Part shown: positions 36,725-49,679 of the stretch, piece by piece | How the letters are laid out: each line of letters begins with the position of its first letter | Numbering within the stretch: the stretch's first letter is position 1 | Assembly (NCBI GenBank): GCA_017499595.2 | Contig: CM039010.1 | Span: 806,001-870,000, forward strand | From: Psilocybe cubensis | Taxonomy: Eukaryota | Direction: 5' to 3' | Length of the DNA stretch: 64,000 nt | The notes under the pieces: generated by a model | What the model saw: only the letters and a program-made list of their open reading frames with translations | Databases searched by the model: none | Told to the model about the DNA's origin: nothing | Made by a program: the position numbers and the translations under genes

Positions 36725-39700
36725 TCAGCGAGCTGCGAGCCCGAGTCGTTCGACGTGTCCTTGAAAGACGACTCGGGCAAGGGGCTTGGTGAAAATATCA
36801 GCGGTGTTAAGAATACCAGGAATATGTAAAATGGAAAAAGAGTTTGATTCTACGTGGGAGCGAATGAAATGATAACGGATGTCAATGTGTTTTGCTTTTC
36901 CGTGATTGGAGTCGTTTTCGGCGAGTGATTTCGCACCGTTGTTGTCGGTTGAGAGGACGAGTGGTGAAGGACATGGAATGAATATTTGTTTAAAGGCTTG
37001 TTGAAGCCAGATGCCCTCTTGTACGGAGCGAGTGAGCGCGACATATTCGGCTTCGGTGGAGGACAAGGCGATGCAAGTTTGTTTCTTGGAGGACCAGGAG
37101 ATGGGGCCACCTGCCATCGACCACACGAACCCGGAGATTGAAGCACGGTCGTGTTTCTCACCTGCCCAGTCAGCATCAGAGAGGCCCGTTAAAGGGATGT
37201 TGCGATTCTTTCCACCGTAATGGAGTCGAAAGGATTTTGTCCCTTTCAGGTAGCGTAGGACGCGTTTTGCAGCGTTAAAGTGATGAGGTGAAGGATTGGA
37301 GCAGTGTTGGGATAGGAGTTGTACAGCATACGCAATATCGGGTCGAGTGTTCATCTGAAGAAACAGTAGGGAGCCGATGAGGTGTTGGTATGTTCGTTTG
37401 AGGTCGGGAATGTTGTCTAGTGTTGACGATTCGTCCCCAGAACCTAAAGGATTATCTCGATCGAGTGGAGTTTTCACGGGATTACAGTTGGTAAGATCGA
37501 ATTCAGTGAGGAGGGATTCTATGAAAGATTCTTGGTGCAACCACAATTCGCATGTAGCGCGATTGCGTTCGAAGTAGACACCGAGAAAACATCTGACAGG
37601 ACCGAGGTCCTTGATGCCAAAAGCTTTCCCTATCTCGATCTTGAGATGACTGAGGAATTCGCCGCAGTTGGAGGCACCCAGACCATCATCGACGTGCATT
37701 GCGAGAAGGCAGTGAACTCGCTTTCCGTTCCAGATGCGATTGAAGAAGAAGACAGCGTGATCTTGTTCTGAGCGAAGGAAACCAAGGGCTTCAAGGGTTT
37801 TGCGAAGGAGTTGATACCAAATGAGGCTTGCTTGTTTGAGACCGTATAACGACTTCAAGAGCTTCCAGCAATTGCCCAAGATGGAGCTGTAGCCTTTCGG
37901 AAAGCGCATATAAATGACTCGCGCAAGGTCGCCCCACAGGAAAGCACGAGTTGCATCAAAGCACTCGAGTTCCCAGTTGTTGACGGCTGCAAAGACAGCA
38001 ATCATGCGAACTGAGGGTGATTTGACGACAGGTGCGAACACCGCGTCATAATCGACCATGTGCACCTGTGAAAACCCTTGCGCAACCAGTCTTGCACGAT
38101 AAACGAGAGGGCCTCCATCGGGCGGCAATTTAAACTCGAGTACCCAACGATTCCCAATGCAGTGACAGCCTTCCGGAAGGAAAACAATCTCATAAACTCC
38201 CATTTTCTTTAGATCCTCTAATTCCTTCAGCATCACCTTCCGCCACTCCTCCGCATCGGGTCTCTTCATCGCCTCATAGAAATTTGCGGGGGGAATAGAC
38301 ATGTTATATCCCGGTGCTTTTGGATTACGTGCTGTGTCGCTTCGAACAGATAGGAAAGCCGTTTCAAAAGAGCTGTCGACGTCCCGCTGAAGATAATCGG
38401 CGACGTCCAGAGAGGCAACCATGGCTGCCAGATCATCTGTTTTCACAACAGGTTCGTTTCCTTCAACAGCTGGGAACATGTCTGGAATTTCAGCACCAAT
38501 GGCGTCTTTGCAGAGGCATACAAACTCTTCATCTTCCGCCCGAACTTCCTCCACACACATCACCTCCACCTCCGCTAGCAATGCTGCACGCTCTCGGGCT
38601 GCCTGCCGTAGAGCTCGATTTTCCCTGCATTTTTCTAGATGCGCTTTTGCCGCTTCTACCGTTTCTTTCCATCGGACGCCGCCTGAGGTAAGTTTCCGTG
38701 TTTCTCGCAGACTGGCTGCTGGTGGAGGTGCGTGACTCGCCTGTTCAGCTGGGGAGACAGCAGGTTCAGGTGACGAGGGAAGAGAGTCAGTGGATTGCGG
38801 TGAGGCCTGAATGACCGCAGGGTCTGGGGATGCTGTGGGTTCGGATGATGAAGACACGGACTTTGAGTGGCTCGCACGTTGATTACGTTGGGATGACACG
38901 CTATCGTGGACATCCTGTGGGAAAGGGAAAGAAGAGTAGTCCATTTCTTCCTCCGAAATCTGCAGTCGAGCTTTGTATGGTATGTTCTCGTCAAAATAAA
39001 CAGACCCGGAGTCGAAGAAATGATTAGTTGACAGGCAACGTACTCTGTATCCTCTTCCAGAGGGTGGATAACCCATGAAAATGCATTCGACGGATTTTGC
39101 ACCGAGTTTGGATTGAAGATCGAGCGGTACATGCGCGAAACACCTGCACCCCCACACACAAAGGTACGAAATGTTCGGCTTACGCTCTTGGAAAATTTCA
39201 AAAGGAGTGACATCTTTAGGCAGTGAAGAGATCACAGTAAGATTCCATAGGTAGGCGGCGCACAGAGCGGCTTCGCCCCAATACCAGAGTGGAAGTTGAG
39301 CAGCAGTGATCATTGCAAGCATCCGTCCTTGCAGTGTCCTCAAACAACGCTCCATTTTGCCGTTCTTCCAGTGCTCGGCACGAGGAATCACGTCTGCAAT
39401 GACGCCGTCAGCTTCTAATTGACCGAAAAAGGCTTTCGAGGTAAACTCTCCAGCAGGATCAAAACGAAGGACTTTGAGTAATTTGCCAGTCTTGCGTTCC
39501 CAGGCGCGTTTAGTGATGAGATATGCATCCAGCGCTTGTGATTTGTCGGCAAGTAAGTGGCACTTTATGGCGTCGGAGCAATCATCCATGAAGACAATCA
39601 TGTATAACTTTCCGTGTGGGGTCAACACAGGGAAAGGACCACAACCGTCGACGTAGACAATCGCTAGAAGGCAGTCCGCTTTGGGAGTTTTGGAAGAGGG

Positions 39701-41440
39701 AGCGGGGTGCCTGGCATGCTTCCCAATGATGCAAGGTTCGCATCTTTCCATTTTATCTCCTGCAGGCAAGGTAACACCTATTGTGGAGTGCACGAGGCGC
39801 CTTGTTGCAGCTTCCCCGATGTGACCCATGCGATGGTGCCACAGATCAAGGGTTTCTGGGACTTTGGCGTATAATGCAACTTCTGGCATTACAGATTCTG
39901 GCATTAGAGTTCGAGGAAGCGTAGGCAATGGAGGTAAGAACTCGACGTTGAGGAAGAAAAGATTATTGATGATGTCGTTCTTGTAGATAACGCTGTGCGG
40001 ATTTTTGCGAATGAGTGAGAAGACACCATCATCGGAGGCAAAGCCGATTTTGCTGTTCTTCGCAACAATTCGACCTAGCGACAGCAAGTTGAGCGTTGCG
40101 TCAGGTGAATGTAAGCAGTCGTTCAGTTTGACAACAGTGGAGTGAGCATTGAGGGAGACGCGCATATAGCAGGTCCCTCGTGCTTTGGTGCGAAGTACGC
40201 CGGCGTTTGCAGTTACCATATCGCGTGCAGCATCTGGCTCATAGGACCAGAAATAAGAGCGGTCTTTGATTAAGTGCGAAGTAGTGCCTGAATCAATGAT
40301 TGTGTTTGCAAGGGTTGACGCCATGGCAGTGAGATCTAAAGGTGCGTTTGAAGAGACCTCTTCAATGGTTGCACACGACAAGTCACCGAGAAAGTCGTTT
40401 GGGTAGAAAGAGGGCGAGACGTATGTTGACGTCGAAGCAGTTGGCACAACGACAGCAGCGACTTCAGTCGCAGCAGCAGCGGCGACTTCAGCCTTTAATA
40501 TTTTGTCGACGTCTTTTGCTTTCGCTCTTTCCTTCCCTTTTCCCCTTGGGCCTTGGCCCTCCATGCCACCACCTTTCGCAAAACAGTGAGCCGCGTCGTG
40601 AGACCGTAATTTGCAGACTGTGCATGCCACGCCATCCGGATTTTTATCATGTATGCGAACACCTGTTGCTTCATTGACGAGGTTGACGTACTCGGATCCC
40701 GGGCCATTTGTGCGACTGGAAGGATTCCTATAGGCCAAACGGGCACATTCAACTGTCAAACGTGAGATGGTTCTTGTCAACAAAGTGTCAGGAGGATCTG
40801 GATTTGCAGCGCTCTGTCGGGCAATATGATCCTCCATGTTCTGTGTCAGGAGCATTTGAAAATGCTGCCAGGAGCCATGATTTGGCAGGCCGCGAATAAT
40901 GCCATGAACCATTTCGTACTCGGTGTATGGTACTCCCATCTCGATGAGTTTGGATCGACCGCGTTGAAATTCACTGATGTAGTTGTCGAGATCGTTATGA
41001 TCTTTCAGCTTCAACGAGTGCAGGCGATCCTTGATGAGGAATTGACTGGCCGTGTCCTGACGCGCATATAGTAACTTAATTGCAGCCCAGACTTCGCGTG
41101 CGGTTTTGTACTTCTCGTATGGGAGAAGTGACAGGGACACAGGTGAGATTCGGTGTTCTATGAGAGAGCGTGCCTTCATGTCATTAAAACTCCATGCATT
41201 GTAGGCGTCTTCTTGTGCATTGGTTGCACCCTGGAGTGGAACGTGAGGGGCAAGTTGTTGAGCGTCGTGGTGCCTCGGATTTGGCGCTCTGGGATTTCCT
41301 TCGACGTATCCCCATAAATTGTTTGTTCGTAGGAACGTCGTCATTCCGCGACGCCAAGCATCGTAGTATGAAGCTCCAACAAGAAGTTCGATGTCGCCAA
41401 TTTTTATGGCGCTACTTCCGCCAGTAAGAGCAGCGGCCAT
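36725..41440 (-). CDS. Copia gag-pol polyprotein (1571 aa)
   Basis: Gag, CCHC knuckle CTVCKLRSHDAAHC, protease IIDSGTTSH, integrase (WHHRMGH..CEPC, D..D..E), RT (LYGLKQA, HVDD), RNase H (SDADWAG, AEYVAL, DIFTK), in copia order INT-RT-RH. Confidence 0.97.
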   Translation of the reverse strand: MAAALTGGSSAIKIGDIELLVGASYYDAWRRGMTTFLRTNNLWGYVEGNPRAPNPRHHDAQQLAPHVPLQGATNAQEDAYNAWSFNDMKARSLIEHRISPVSLSLLPYEKYKTAREVWAAIKLLYARQDTASQFLIKDRLHSLKLKDHNDLDNYISEFQRGRSKLIEMGVPYTEYEMVHGIIRGLPNHGSWQHFQMLLTQNMEDHIARQSAANPDPPDTLLTRTISRLTVECARLAYRNPSSRTNGPGSEYVNLVNEATGVRIHDKNPDGVACTVCKLRSHDAAHCFAKGGGMEGQGPRGKGKERAKAKDVDKILKAEVAAAAATEVAAVVVPTASTSTYVSPSFYPNDFLGDLSCATIEEVSSNAPLDLTAMASTLANTIIDSGTTSHLIKDRSYFWSYEPDAARDMVTANAGVLRTKARGTCYMRVSLNAHSTVVKLNDCLHSPDATLNLLSLGRIVAKNSKIGFASDDGVFSLIRKNPHSVIYKNDIINNLFFLNVEFLPPLPTLPRTLMPESVMPEVALYAKVPETLDLWHHRMGHIGEAATRRLVHSTIGVTLPAGDKMERCEPCIIGKHARHPAPSSKTPKADCLLAIVYVDGCGPFPVLTPHGKLYMIVFMDDCSDAIKCHLLADKSQALDAYLITKRAWERKTGKLLKVLRFDPAGEFTSKAFFGQLEADGVIADVIPRAEHWKNGKMERCLRTLQGRMLAMITAAQLPLWYWGEAALCAAYLWNLTVISSLPKDVTPFEIFQERKPNISYLCVWGCRCFAHVPLDLQSKLGAKSVECIFMGYPPSGRGYRVRCLSTNHFFDSGSVYFDENIPYKARLQISEEEMDYSSFPFPQDVHDSVSSQRNQRASHSKSVSSSSEPTASPDPAVIQASPQSTDSLPSSPEPAVSPAEQASHAPPPAASLRETRKLTSGGVRWKETVEAAKAHLEKCRENRALRQAARERAALLAEVEVMCVEEVRAEDEEFVCLCKDAIGAEIPDMFPAVEGNEPVVKTDDLAAMVASLDVADYLQRDVDSSFETAFLSVRSDTARNPKAPGYNMSIPPANFYEAMKRPDAEEWRKVMLKELEDLKKMGVYEIVFLPEGCHCIGNRWVLEFKLPPDGGPLVYRARLVAQGFSQVHMVDYDAVFAPVVKSPSVRMIAVFAAVNNWELECFDATRAFLWGDLARVIYMRFPKGYSSILGNCWKLLKSLYGLKQASLIWYQLLRKTLEALGFLRSEQDHAVFFFNRIWNGKRVHCLLAMHVDDGLGASNCGEFLSHLKIEIGKAFGIKDLGPVRCFLGVYFERNRATCELWLHQESFIESLLTEFDLTNCNPVKTPLDRDNPLGSGDESSTLDNIPDLKRTYQHLIGSLLFLQMNTRPDIAYAVQLLSQHCSNPSPHHFNAAKRVLRYLKGTKSFRLHYGGKNRNIPLTGLSDADWAGEKHDRASISGFVWSMAGGPISWSSKKQTCIALSSTEAEYVALTRSVQEGIWLQQAFKQIFIPCPSPLVLSTDNNGAKSLAENDSNHGKAKHIDIRYHFIRSHVESNSFSILHIPGILNTADIFTKPLARVVFQGHVERLGLAAR

Positions 41441-41645
41441 GTTTAGCAGTGACTAAGAAATATCCCAGAGTATGAGATGCAGTGCAGTGAATTTACGCGT
41501 GTTGACCCAGATACGAACCGAGTAGAGACAACGCTCAGTGAGTGATTGACAGTGTGTGTGATTTGGGTTGCTCAAGCTACGGAGAAGACCAGTATGTCTT
41601 CGAAACAGATGTGTCCGCCTTTACGTGAAGGCGGGGCCCATAACC

Positions 41646-41948
41646 TGTTCGAGTCTATAGATGATGTATCTCAGTGTCTTGATGGAAGAACAACTGTTAT
41701 TATAGACACTACCTATAGATGATGTATCTATAGAATACGAGTGAAGGAAATAAGTACTGTGTGAAGTAAACACGAACATAAAACAACATACCTCAGTGTC
41801 TTGATGGAAGAACAACTGAGGTATGTGAGAACGAGGAAACGCTAAGTTCTACACTGGCGAGAAAGTAAATAAGGATAAACAGGGGTTGACGCGTGAAAGA
41901 GGAACATGACATGTGACGCAGAGTGAAGAGACGAGATGAACTCCAACA
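41646..41948 (-). repeat. 5' LTR of the copia element
   Basis: No differences from 36415-36717 seen by eye. Confidence 0.97.
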
Positions 41949-42192
41949 GAGACTGGGCATGGTATGAGTATACGGAAGAGTCGATGATGGATCGTGGTGG
42001 TCGATTCCACGAAACCTCGCCTGGCGTTAGGGGTGTGAAATAATTACGTAACCGAAGAATGCTGTTTCTCAATTTCGTCCTTGCGGTTGATTCACGACCA
42101 CCTCCGTACGACTCTGACGACCTCTGGCGCCGTGGGCGACATATACATCCTTTATATACTACCTTTGAACGGGTAGCTCTCTCACTTCCGCG

Positions 42193-44037
42193 ATGAACAC
42201 GACTTCAGCCACTCTGGCGCCCGTGTTCACATTCCTGGAACACACTTTGACGACAGCGCAAACAACATTTAACAAGCTCCCTGGGTCGGCTGTTATCCAG
42301 CGATACGTGAAGAGCTCTCATCAGAATGACCCTGGACGTACTTTGCTGGAACTTATTCTCGTTATCTTTGCCATTCGCACTTTGCTACAATCTAGAACGA
42401 GGGCAGATAGGAATGGGAAGAATTTCATTCAGTTTAGTGAAAAGGTGCGTATTGTTATCCACATGAGACACAACCGCGTTACCAAATTTCCTTACAGGAA
42501 ATTGACGAACTTGTTGACGAATGGATTCCGGAACCTCTTGGTAATGCCTTGACTGCGAATGAGCAGTCTGACCTGGCTTCAGCACCCATAATTTCAGGGC
42601 CCAATGGACCGAAACCGAAACTGGCGGCAACTGGAAAAAATGCCCTCAACCTCGCAAGTTACAATTTCACTGGTCTTGCTGGCAACGAGCATATCAAGCA
42701 ACGCGCTATTGACACACTGCGCAAGTACGGCCTTGGAAGCTGCGGACCCCCCGGATTTTACGGCACCCTCGGTATGATTAGCTCTCACTGACTGAGTGTT
42801 GCGACCATTTATCGAATTACTTTCTAGATGTTCATATGGACCTGGAAAACGATATCGCAGACTTTTTGGGGACAGAAGCCGCCATCCTGTATTCACAGGG
42901 GTTCTCGACAATTTCATCTGTTATTCCGGCGTTTTGTAAACGCGGTGACATAATTGTAGCCGATCGCGCCGTCAACTTTGCTATTCAGAAGGGAATTCAA
43001 ATTTCGCGTTCAACTATTCGATGGTTCGACCACAATGACTTAAACAGCCTTGAGGAAGTCCTGATTGGTATTGAAAAAGAGAGGAAAAAGCGCCGTGGTC
43101 CTATGACTCGTCGTTTTATTGTTACGGAGGGCATATTCCAGAAGGACGGTGCTATGGTTGACTTGCCTAAACTTGTGCGTGAATTCTTCTATTGGGATCC
43201 GTTATTTTAATTTAAAGTACTTGCAGATTGAACTCAAGTACAAGTATAAATACCGACTCATCCTAGACGAAAGTTACTCCTTCGGATCTGTTGGCAGAAC
43301 CGGTCGTGGGCTTACTGAGTTGTATAATGTACCGGTATGTATTTTGAAAAACCAGCTAAACATTGCCCTAACCATGATTGCGCCAGGCCTCTAAAGTAGA
43401 CATGCTTCTTGGATCTTGCGCAATAGGGCTTGCTTCCGCAGGAGGTTTTTGCGCTGGGTCTCGAACTGTTGTCGACCATCAGCGCATCAATGGCCCTTCT
43501 TTCGTCTTTTCCGCGTCCATGCCTGCCCTTCTCGCTGTCAGCGCATCAGAGGGCATCAATATTCTACGCAACACGCCATCGATCTTCGAGACATTGCAGG
43601 ACAACGTTCGCGCTGCCCGGGCAATCCTCGACCGCGTTGACTGCATTACTATTCCTTCTCACCCCGCCTCACCTATCATCCACATCTACGTCCGCCAACC
43701 GCAGTCCCATCAATATCTCCAGTATCCCGCGCCGATTTCGGCATCATCATCCAGCAGCTCGGCGAAGCACCATCACTCACATCATGTCTCAGCGAAGGAT
43801 GCAGTTCGTGATGCGGAATATGAGGTCGAAGAGCGTCTTTTACAAGAGGTCGTGGAGGAGACGCTTTCTCATGGCGTCATTGTGACAAGGGCAAAGAGGC
43901 TCAAGGGGCAGGAAATTGTGGAGCCGAGACCGAGCATACGATTGACTCTTACAAGCGGACTCACTAAGAAGGAGACGGAGAAAGCTGTTAATGTGCTCAA
44001 AACGGTGCTTGTAAAGGTGTTGAGCAAGAGGCGATGA
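42193..44037 (+). CDS. LCB1: Serine palmitoyltransferase subunit 1, multi-exon
   Basis: [55 protein letters not shown]. Lacks the PLP-binding Lys, as expected for LCB1. Confidence 0.93.
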
Positions 44038-44363
44038 AGTGGCCATTTTCAGACAACATGGTCTGGTTTCCTACCTTTTTATTACTAATTGCTACTACGA
44101 TCTAGACAACTTAATGTGTTCTCCGTTTGCTTTAGCGAGACGTATTTTTATGCGCTATACCCATGTAAATGGTCCCTGACTTCTGGATAGAATGGCGACT
44201 TTGACTTAGAGTCTAATGACTAACGAGGAATTTAGCGTTGATAGATTGACAGTTAAGTGCAGTTTCAACTTCAAAATAAGGTTTTCCAAACCCAATCGAT
44301 TCACAGGTTAGGGCTCGCCAGTGTGCGGCCGGATATATTACCTTTGCACCTTCCTTACATCAA

Positions 44364-44435
44364 GCCTTCTTGGCGTAGTGGTAGCGCGTCGCACTTGTAA
44401 TGCGAAGGTCACTCGTTCAATCCGGGTAGGAGGCA
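44364..44435 (+). tRNA. tRNA-Thr (anticodon UGU), intronless
   Basis: Acceptor stem GCCTTCT/AGGAGGC; D arm GCGT-AGTGGTA-GCGC; anticodon arm TCGCA-CTTGTAA-TGCGA; T arm ACTCG-TTCAATC-CGGGT; T-rich run downstream. Confidence 0.95.
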
Positions 44436-44766
44436 ATAAATTTTGTTTATTTGCTTTTTGGAAATTAGCATATTGGACGAACACAATGTCACCAATATGG
44501 CATTTTTACCGGTCTGATGATTGCTCAAGATGCAGTTCCTCCATCAAGATATCAACTTTTTGAACTTGTCAAGATGGTAATCTCATTGTTAAAACATCGA
44601 TGCCCTTTGATTTTTCTCTGTTACTCGGAGTCCCTGTGGCATTAAAGTCGAATTTTTTATAGGCAATGGAGGGTGACGGTATAAGAAATGACATTTTATT
44701 TTCAATTTGACGATGAATCAGATAAAGTAACAAATTCATTCAATCAATGGCGAATGAATAGAGTAT

Positions 44767-47700
44767 TTAATTATATCCTCCTGTTGATATCGAAGGTGGA
44801 AGAGCGTTCTTGCCATTTCCACATCCTAGGGTGATATCGTCGGATAGCGTCAATTCTACCAGGGATCCAGTAACAAACACATCCCAATCGAGATAGCAAT
44901 TTGATTTATACGGCTTCCCGTTCACCGATACGCTCTAACACCATACACCGTTGTAATGAGATGCGATGAGTTTACGCTAATATATCAATATCGGCTTACC
45001 TTCACGAAAACGTTGCCACCTGTTCCATCGGGAGGATTGCCGGTAAAACCATGAGACACAATTGTTGTTGTCGTGTTAAACAACGGGTTGAAGAACGAAA
45101 CTTGGGGGAAATATGGTGAAGACAAAAGAATTTGTTGTGTTGCCGGTAGAGGGTACATTCCAATCAAATAGAAAGCTGCATAACTCCCCATAGCACCTGT
45201 AACAAAACGTAAGACTAGTGGATATTGATTTGATCAAACAAGTATTTTACCAGAATCTAGAAGAATATAAGTTGTTGGTTAACTCAACTATACGTGGAAA
45301 CGTACCGTCATTCCCGGGTAATCCATTTCTAGAAGTGTTAAAGAATTGAGCAATGACTTGTCTAGACCTCTGAGTGCTCAGACCAGGACGATTGGCATAG
45401 TGGTACATGAACGGCATCTGTTGAGATGGCTCATCGGTAGAGTCGAAGTAGGATTGGTTAAAAATAAAGTCCAATCGAGTTATGAAGCTTTCGACCCCGC
45501 CTTGAAGTTGTATCAACTTGGCTGTATCTTGTGGAACGTACTGGATAGAAGAAAATGATTTATTGTTTTATTCTTCTGATGTGTATATGCACGTACTTGA
45601 GAATACTGTGAGAAGAATTTCGAAGATTGTCAAACAATTGGCGAAGTCGATGAGCTTTGGACTCACAATAATGGGGGATCCTGTTCAATGAATATCTATG
45701 AGCGCCGAAATATCGCAACACTGTAGAACACTCTCATACCTTCGTAGAATCCATCACGGTCAGCTGCATTCAAGAAGCAAGTTGCTTGCGCAGGATCATG
45801 AATACTACAATGCCTAGGATCTGTGAAGTTGAAAGTCCCGTTTGCGAACCTTGGCTGAAGCAGAGCATGAAAATGGCACCTAAAAATAATCAATTCAAGG
45901 GAGATGAACCAACCTGCATCATACCAAGCACGCCAGGGCTGTCAGGGACAGTGATATTGGGGTTCCAGACATTGGCGAAGTTACCAGCTCGCTTCAAATA
46001 CTATTGCATGTGACTAGATAAGCGACATAATGGATAGCATCCACTCAAGTGAACATGCCTTTTGCTCATCAGCCGTCTTTCCAAGAGCTTTGGCCACTTG
46101 GGAGATGGCAAAGTCGTTAAAGGCGTGCTAATATCATCGTCAGCATTGGCTAGAGATATGAATAGCTTCTTTCATACCTCCAAAGTTCGAGACACTTGCT
46201 TGGTATTCGCACCTCCTGCGTCGAACTGGTCTTGAGGAATGTAACCTGTAGTATGAAATTTGTTTAATGAAATCTACTTTTGTATCCAGCGACAGTTTTT
46301 AACCTAATTGCTTCCAAAGGTCAGCTTGTCGCCCTTGTAAGTTCCAATTGGGCGACTGTATCTCGGCATCGGCGAGGAGAGCGTTGTAAAGATCTGTGGG
46401 CGACACATTCAAAGCTTCTGCCTGTTTACTAAACTTTACGAAGAATTCTCCAAGGATGGGGTCTGCGTCTGAGCACATCAAAGGAATACGTGTCTTTAAT
46501 AATTGGATTGAGGGTCAGGGATTGTTGGCTTACTAGTACCGCCTTGAATGAAATGCATTGCTGTTGCACCACGACACTCAGGTAGCCAACCTTCGTGTTT
46601 TTGAATATCGATCATTCCTCGTACAATTCTCGAGAATGTCACCGGATCATGGAGGGACATTAGTGGATAGAGGGTCCGGTAGGTATCCCACTAATGCGCA
46701 GTAGAGCATGTTTGTCTAAAATGAAACTTGGTTTCCGAGTAGGAAAACTTACATTGCAGTACAAGGAATCAAAGTACGGCTCTGTTGAATTCCATTTGGG
46801 ATTTTCTCCAGTGTCTAAAAATGAAATTGTAGTTCGATGAGTGGTAGTTCAATATACAACGAACAAGACTGCCTACAGTCTGCAGGAGAGATGTGGGTTC
46901 TGTATAACTTAACACAACTAATTCAGTCTACCATTCTAATGCGGTTTTTTGGGATTGAAATTTCTCACCGAAGAATAGAATAACTGGGTAGTCTCCAAAT
47001 CTACGCCTGTAGTATCAACCTGTACCCTAGAGAGCAGATCATTCCATTGCGCGCGATTTTCGGCATGTACTTTGTCGAAGTCGAAGTCGGGGATCTCCTC
47101 TTGAGCATTGGCGCATGCTTGAGCACTGGAGATGAACGACACGCCGACACGAGCGAGAATACTTGTTGGCCCACCAGAGGGCGCTGGGTTGAAGGTAAAC
47201 AGGGCACCCATCTCGGACACGAATCCTATCAGGTCAATTAGTGGACAGGGATATGCATTGAGAAATAATATATTCATACCGTAGTAAGTTTGTAAGAGAT
47301 TCGTTGTACCCCGAACCGGGAAATTAGACAGCCAGACTCCATATTCGGTAGGTTTACCCAGTGTGAACCCCTCTGCTTTGAAGTCCACGCATGTGAAAGC
47401 GCTGTATCTACCTGAAAACGAATTTTCGCAAATCAGATTCCGGACTTTTGTGCGCTTTTATTAATTGCACCTGGACCAAATGACGCAGAGAACTCTGCTC
47501 CTCCTTCAACTCTGGCGGTGTCTGGGTCCAGAGTCATGACTGGGTGTGTACTGCTCTTTTGACCATCGTTGGTGATATCCACAAGAAGGCGGGGATTGGT
47601 AGTCCCGGCCGGAAAGGTGTAACGATGGAGCGCTGTTCGTCGCGTCGCGGTCAACTCGACGCGAATTGAGTTGGACTTTACGTCACAGTATATTTCAATA

Positions 47701-48509
47701 CCGCTTCAATATCTCAGGAATAAAACTGACCAGGTTGGTGGAGAAATAACCCGGTGACGCAAAATCATCCGGAAGCCCTGCATTATATCGTCAATTCAGT
47801 CCTTACTCGGGTAATGAATTATCTACCGTTAGGTAACACCTTTCGAAGAATCTTTCTGTTGGCCATGGTCGTAGGGCATTTCTCAAACGAAGAACACTGT
47901 AGGAATGGAAACAGCTTGAAATTGGAAAGCGGTACGGCCTACCGGATGTCTCACGTCAGTTACTAAACAATTGTTCTTAGGGGCAAATTTACGCCACCGG
48001 TACCACTATCGTGCAGTTGCGAGAAGCCTGTTACATTGAAAGTCGGATCCCCGTCGTACCCAGCGTGCTAAGGTGAACAAAATGTCGATTAATGGTCATG
48101 ATTCTGGCGAAGCGATGGATGGATACTTACATTTCCAGGAGAATCAGTGTCCATCCCTGCCTTGATCATGCCATGGGGGAGGGTTGCACCTGTGTGCACA
48201 GATGTTGATAGCGATTAGACAAAGCCTCATAGCCCTACATACCAGGAAATACATGGCCCCCATTTGTTGTTCCGATGAACGGAATGACGAGACTGGCGGG
48301 GTCTGTTATCTTCGGGATGGGTTTCGTTGGCTTGGTCACTGCATTGCTGACCGAAGGCGAGCTGGCGCTGCTTCTACGACCACATTCCTTGTGAGTGATT
48401 CATCTGTTAGAGAAGTAACAATAAGAGTTGCTTACAGCACGCTTTGTGCTCCGACGTTGAAGAAACCAAGTCCACCGATGGCGATGGCGAGGCTCAAAAA
48501 TGTTCTCAT
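44767..48509 (-). CDS. Secreted glycoside hydrolase family 92 alpha-1,2-mannosidase, many exons
   Basis: Signal peptide MRTFLSLAIAIGGLGFFNVGA; FSQLHDSGTGG, TATRRTALHRYTFP, GWLPECRG, FYEGSPIIYSQYVPQD, DEPSQQMPFMYHY, GLPGND. Confidence 0.9.
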
Positions 48510-49679
48510 TGTTACTTTTGCATCTTTCCTTCATGGACACCTCTCGCTTTTAAAGAGCGATAACAGCAGCCTTGTTTAAAGTTGGGAATTTTCCGACGTT
48601 GAGGTTGACGGCTGTCGATAGAGGTGGTTAGGGGACATGGTCAGCTGGCCGAAGACGATCATGCTTGAGGAAGACGTCTTCCGCGCAGAAGAAGAACGAT
48701 CATGCTGGTACCTCGTAATGAATGTTCTATATGGATAAAATATTTAAATTCGGGCGCGACAGAAGGCACGGAGACGACGTTCGTGGAAGTTAAATTTGTG
48801 GGGTAGAAGCAAGGTAGAAGGTTCACGTGTGGGCAAGATTCCCAGCTCATGACGAAGCATGGTGGTTAAAAAGAGCATTGCAATTGTGAGTTATCTATCC
48901 AATATCGAGCGAGTTGGGAAACAGGGAGTAGACGGAATCGTATGGGAAGCAGAGAGCCAAGTGTACCTATACATAAAGAAGAACTGCAGGTTAATAGAAG
49001 AGTAAGATGGAGATGATTATGCTTACCTCGCACTCGTTTGCAAGGTGAGGCGGCCCGCTGTTCTGCCATCATTAAGTCCCAATCTCCGCAGAAGCAAGAT
49101 CCTAGCTGCGTAAAACTTCACTAAAGATAATGCTGGGGCCGAAAGGAGCCGTCGGTATCATAAATAGGCACTGGGGGCCGCGGAGAGGTTCGAGGAGGTC
49201 TTGAACAAGGACCGAGATAACCGTCTTATCATCATCAGATACGAACTCTCGAACGATCCATAGTACACAGTGTTAGGTTGTCTCGAAGGAACACTTTCCT
49301 GCGGTGTGCGGAATGTTGGAGGCGCATGGAGTCATTTAAGAGTCATAATAGTGCTTAGTGCTGATGCTGATAAAAGTAACATTATGGTAAGAACGGAAAG
49401 AACTTTGATGATGATCGTGATGCTTACATTTTCTGATTATCGCTTGGTGTTCATTGGGTCGTTGACCATTGAGGCCTACCAAGTGAATCCAAGAGTGGAG
49501 TTGTTGGAAGCGATGAAGGCAGATAAAGAGCATTCGCTTAGATGTGGCTATGACCAGTCCAAGAGCTGTGGTTGCCAGCCACGACCTCCTTTAGTCTGCA
49601 ACACAGCGCACCTAATTAAAGATATGGCCTCTTAACGCCCTGCATTGGTTATTCAGCGCCAATCTTCTCCACAACTTCC

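Larger units (their letters stand above)
36415..41948 (-). mobile_element. Full-length Ty1/copia LTR retrotransposon (5534 bp)
   Basis: 303-bp TG..CA LTRs; 5-bp TSD GAGAC (36410-36414 and 41949-41953); PBS GGTTATGGGCCCCGC next to the 5' LTR; PPT GAGGGGGGC next to the 3' LTR; one intact ORF. Confidence 0.98.
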
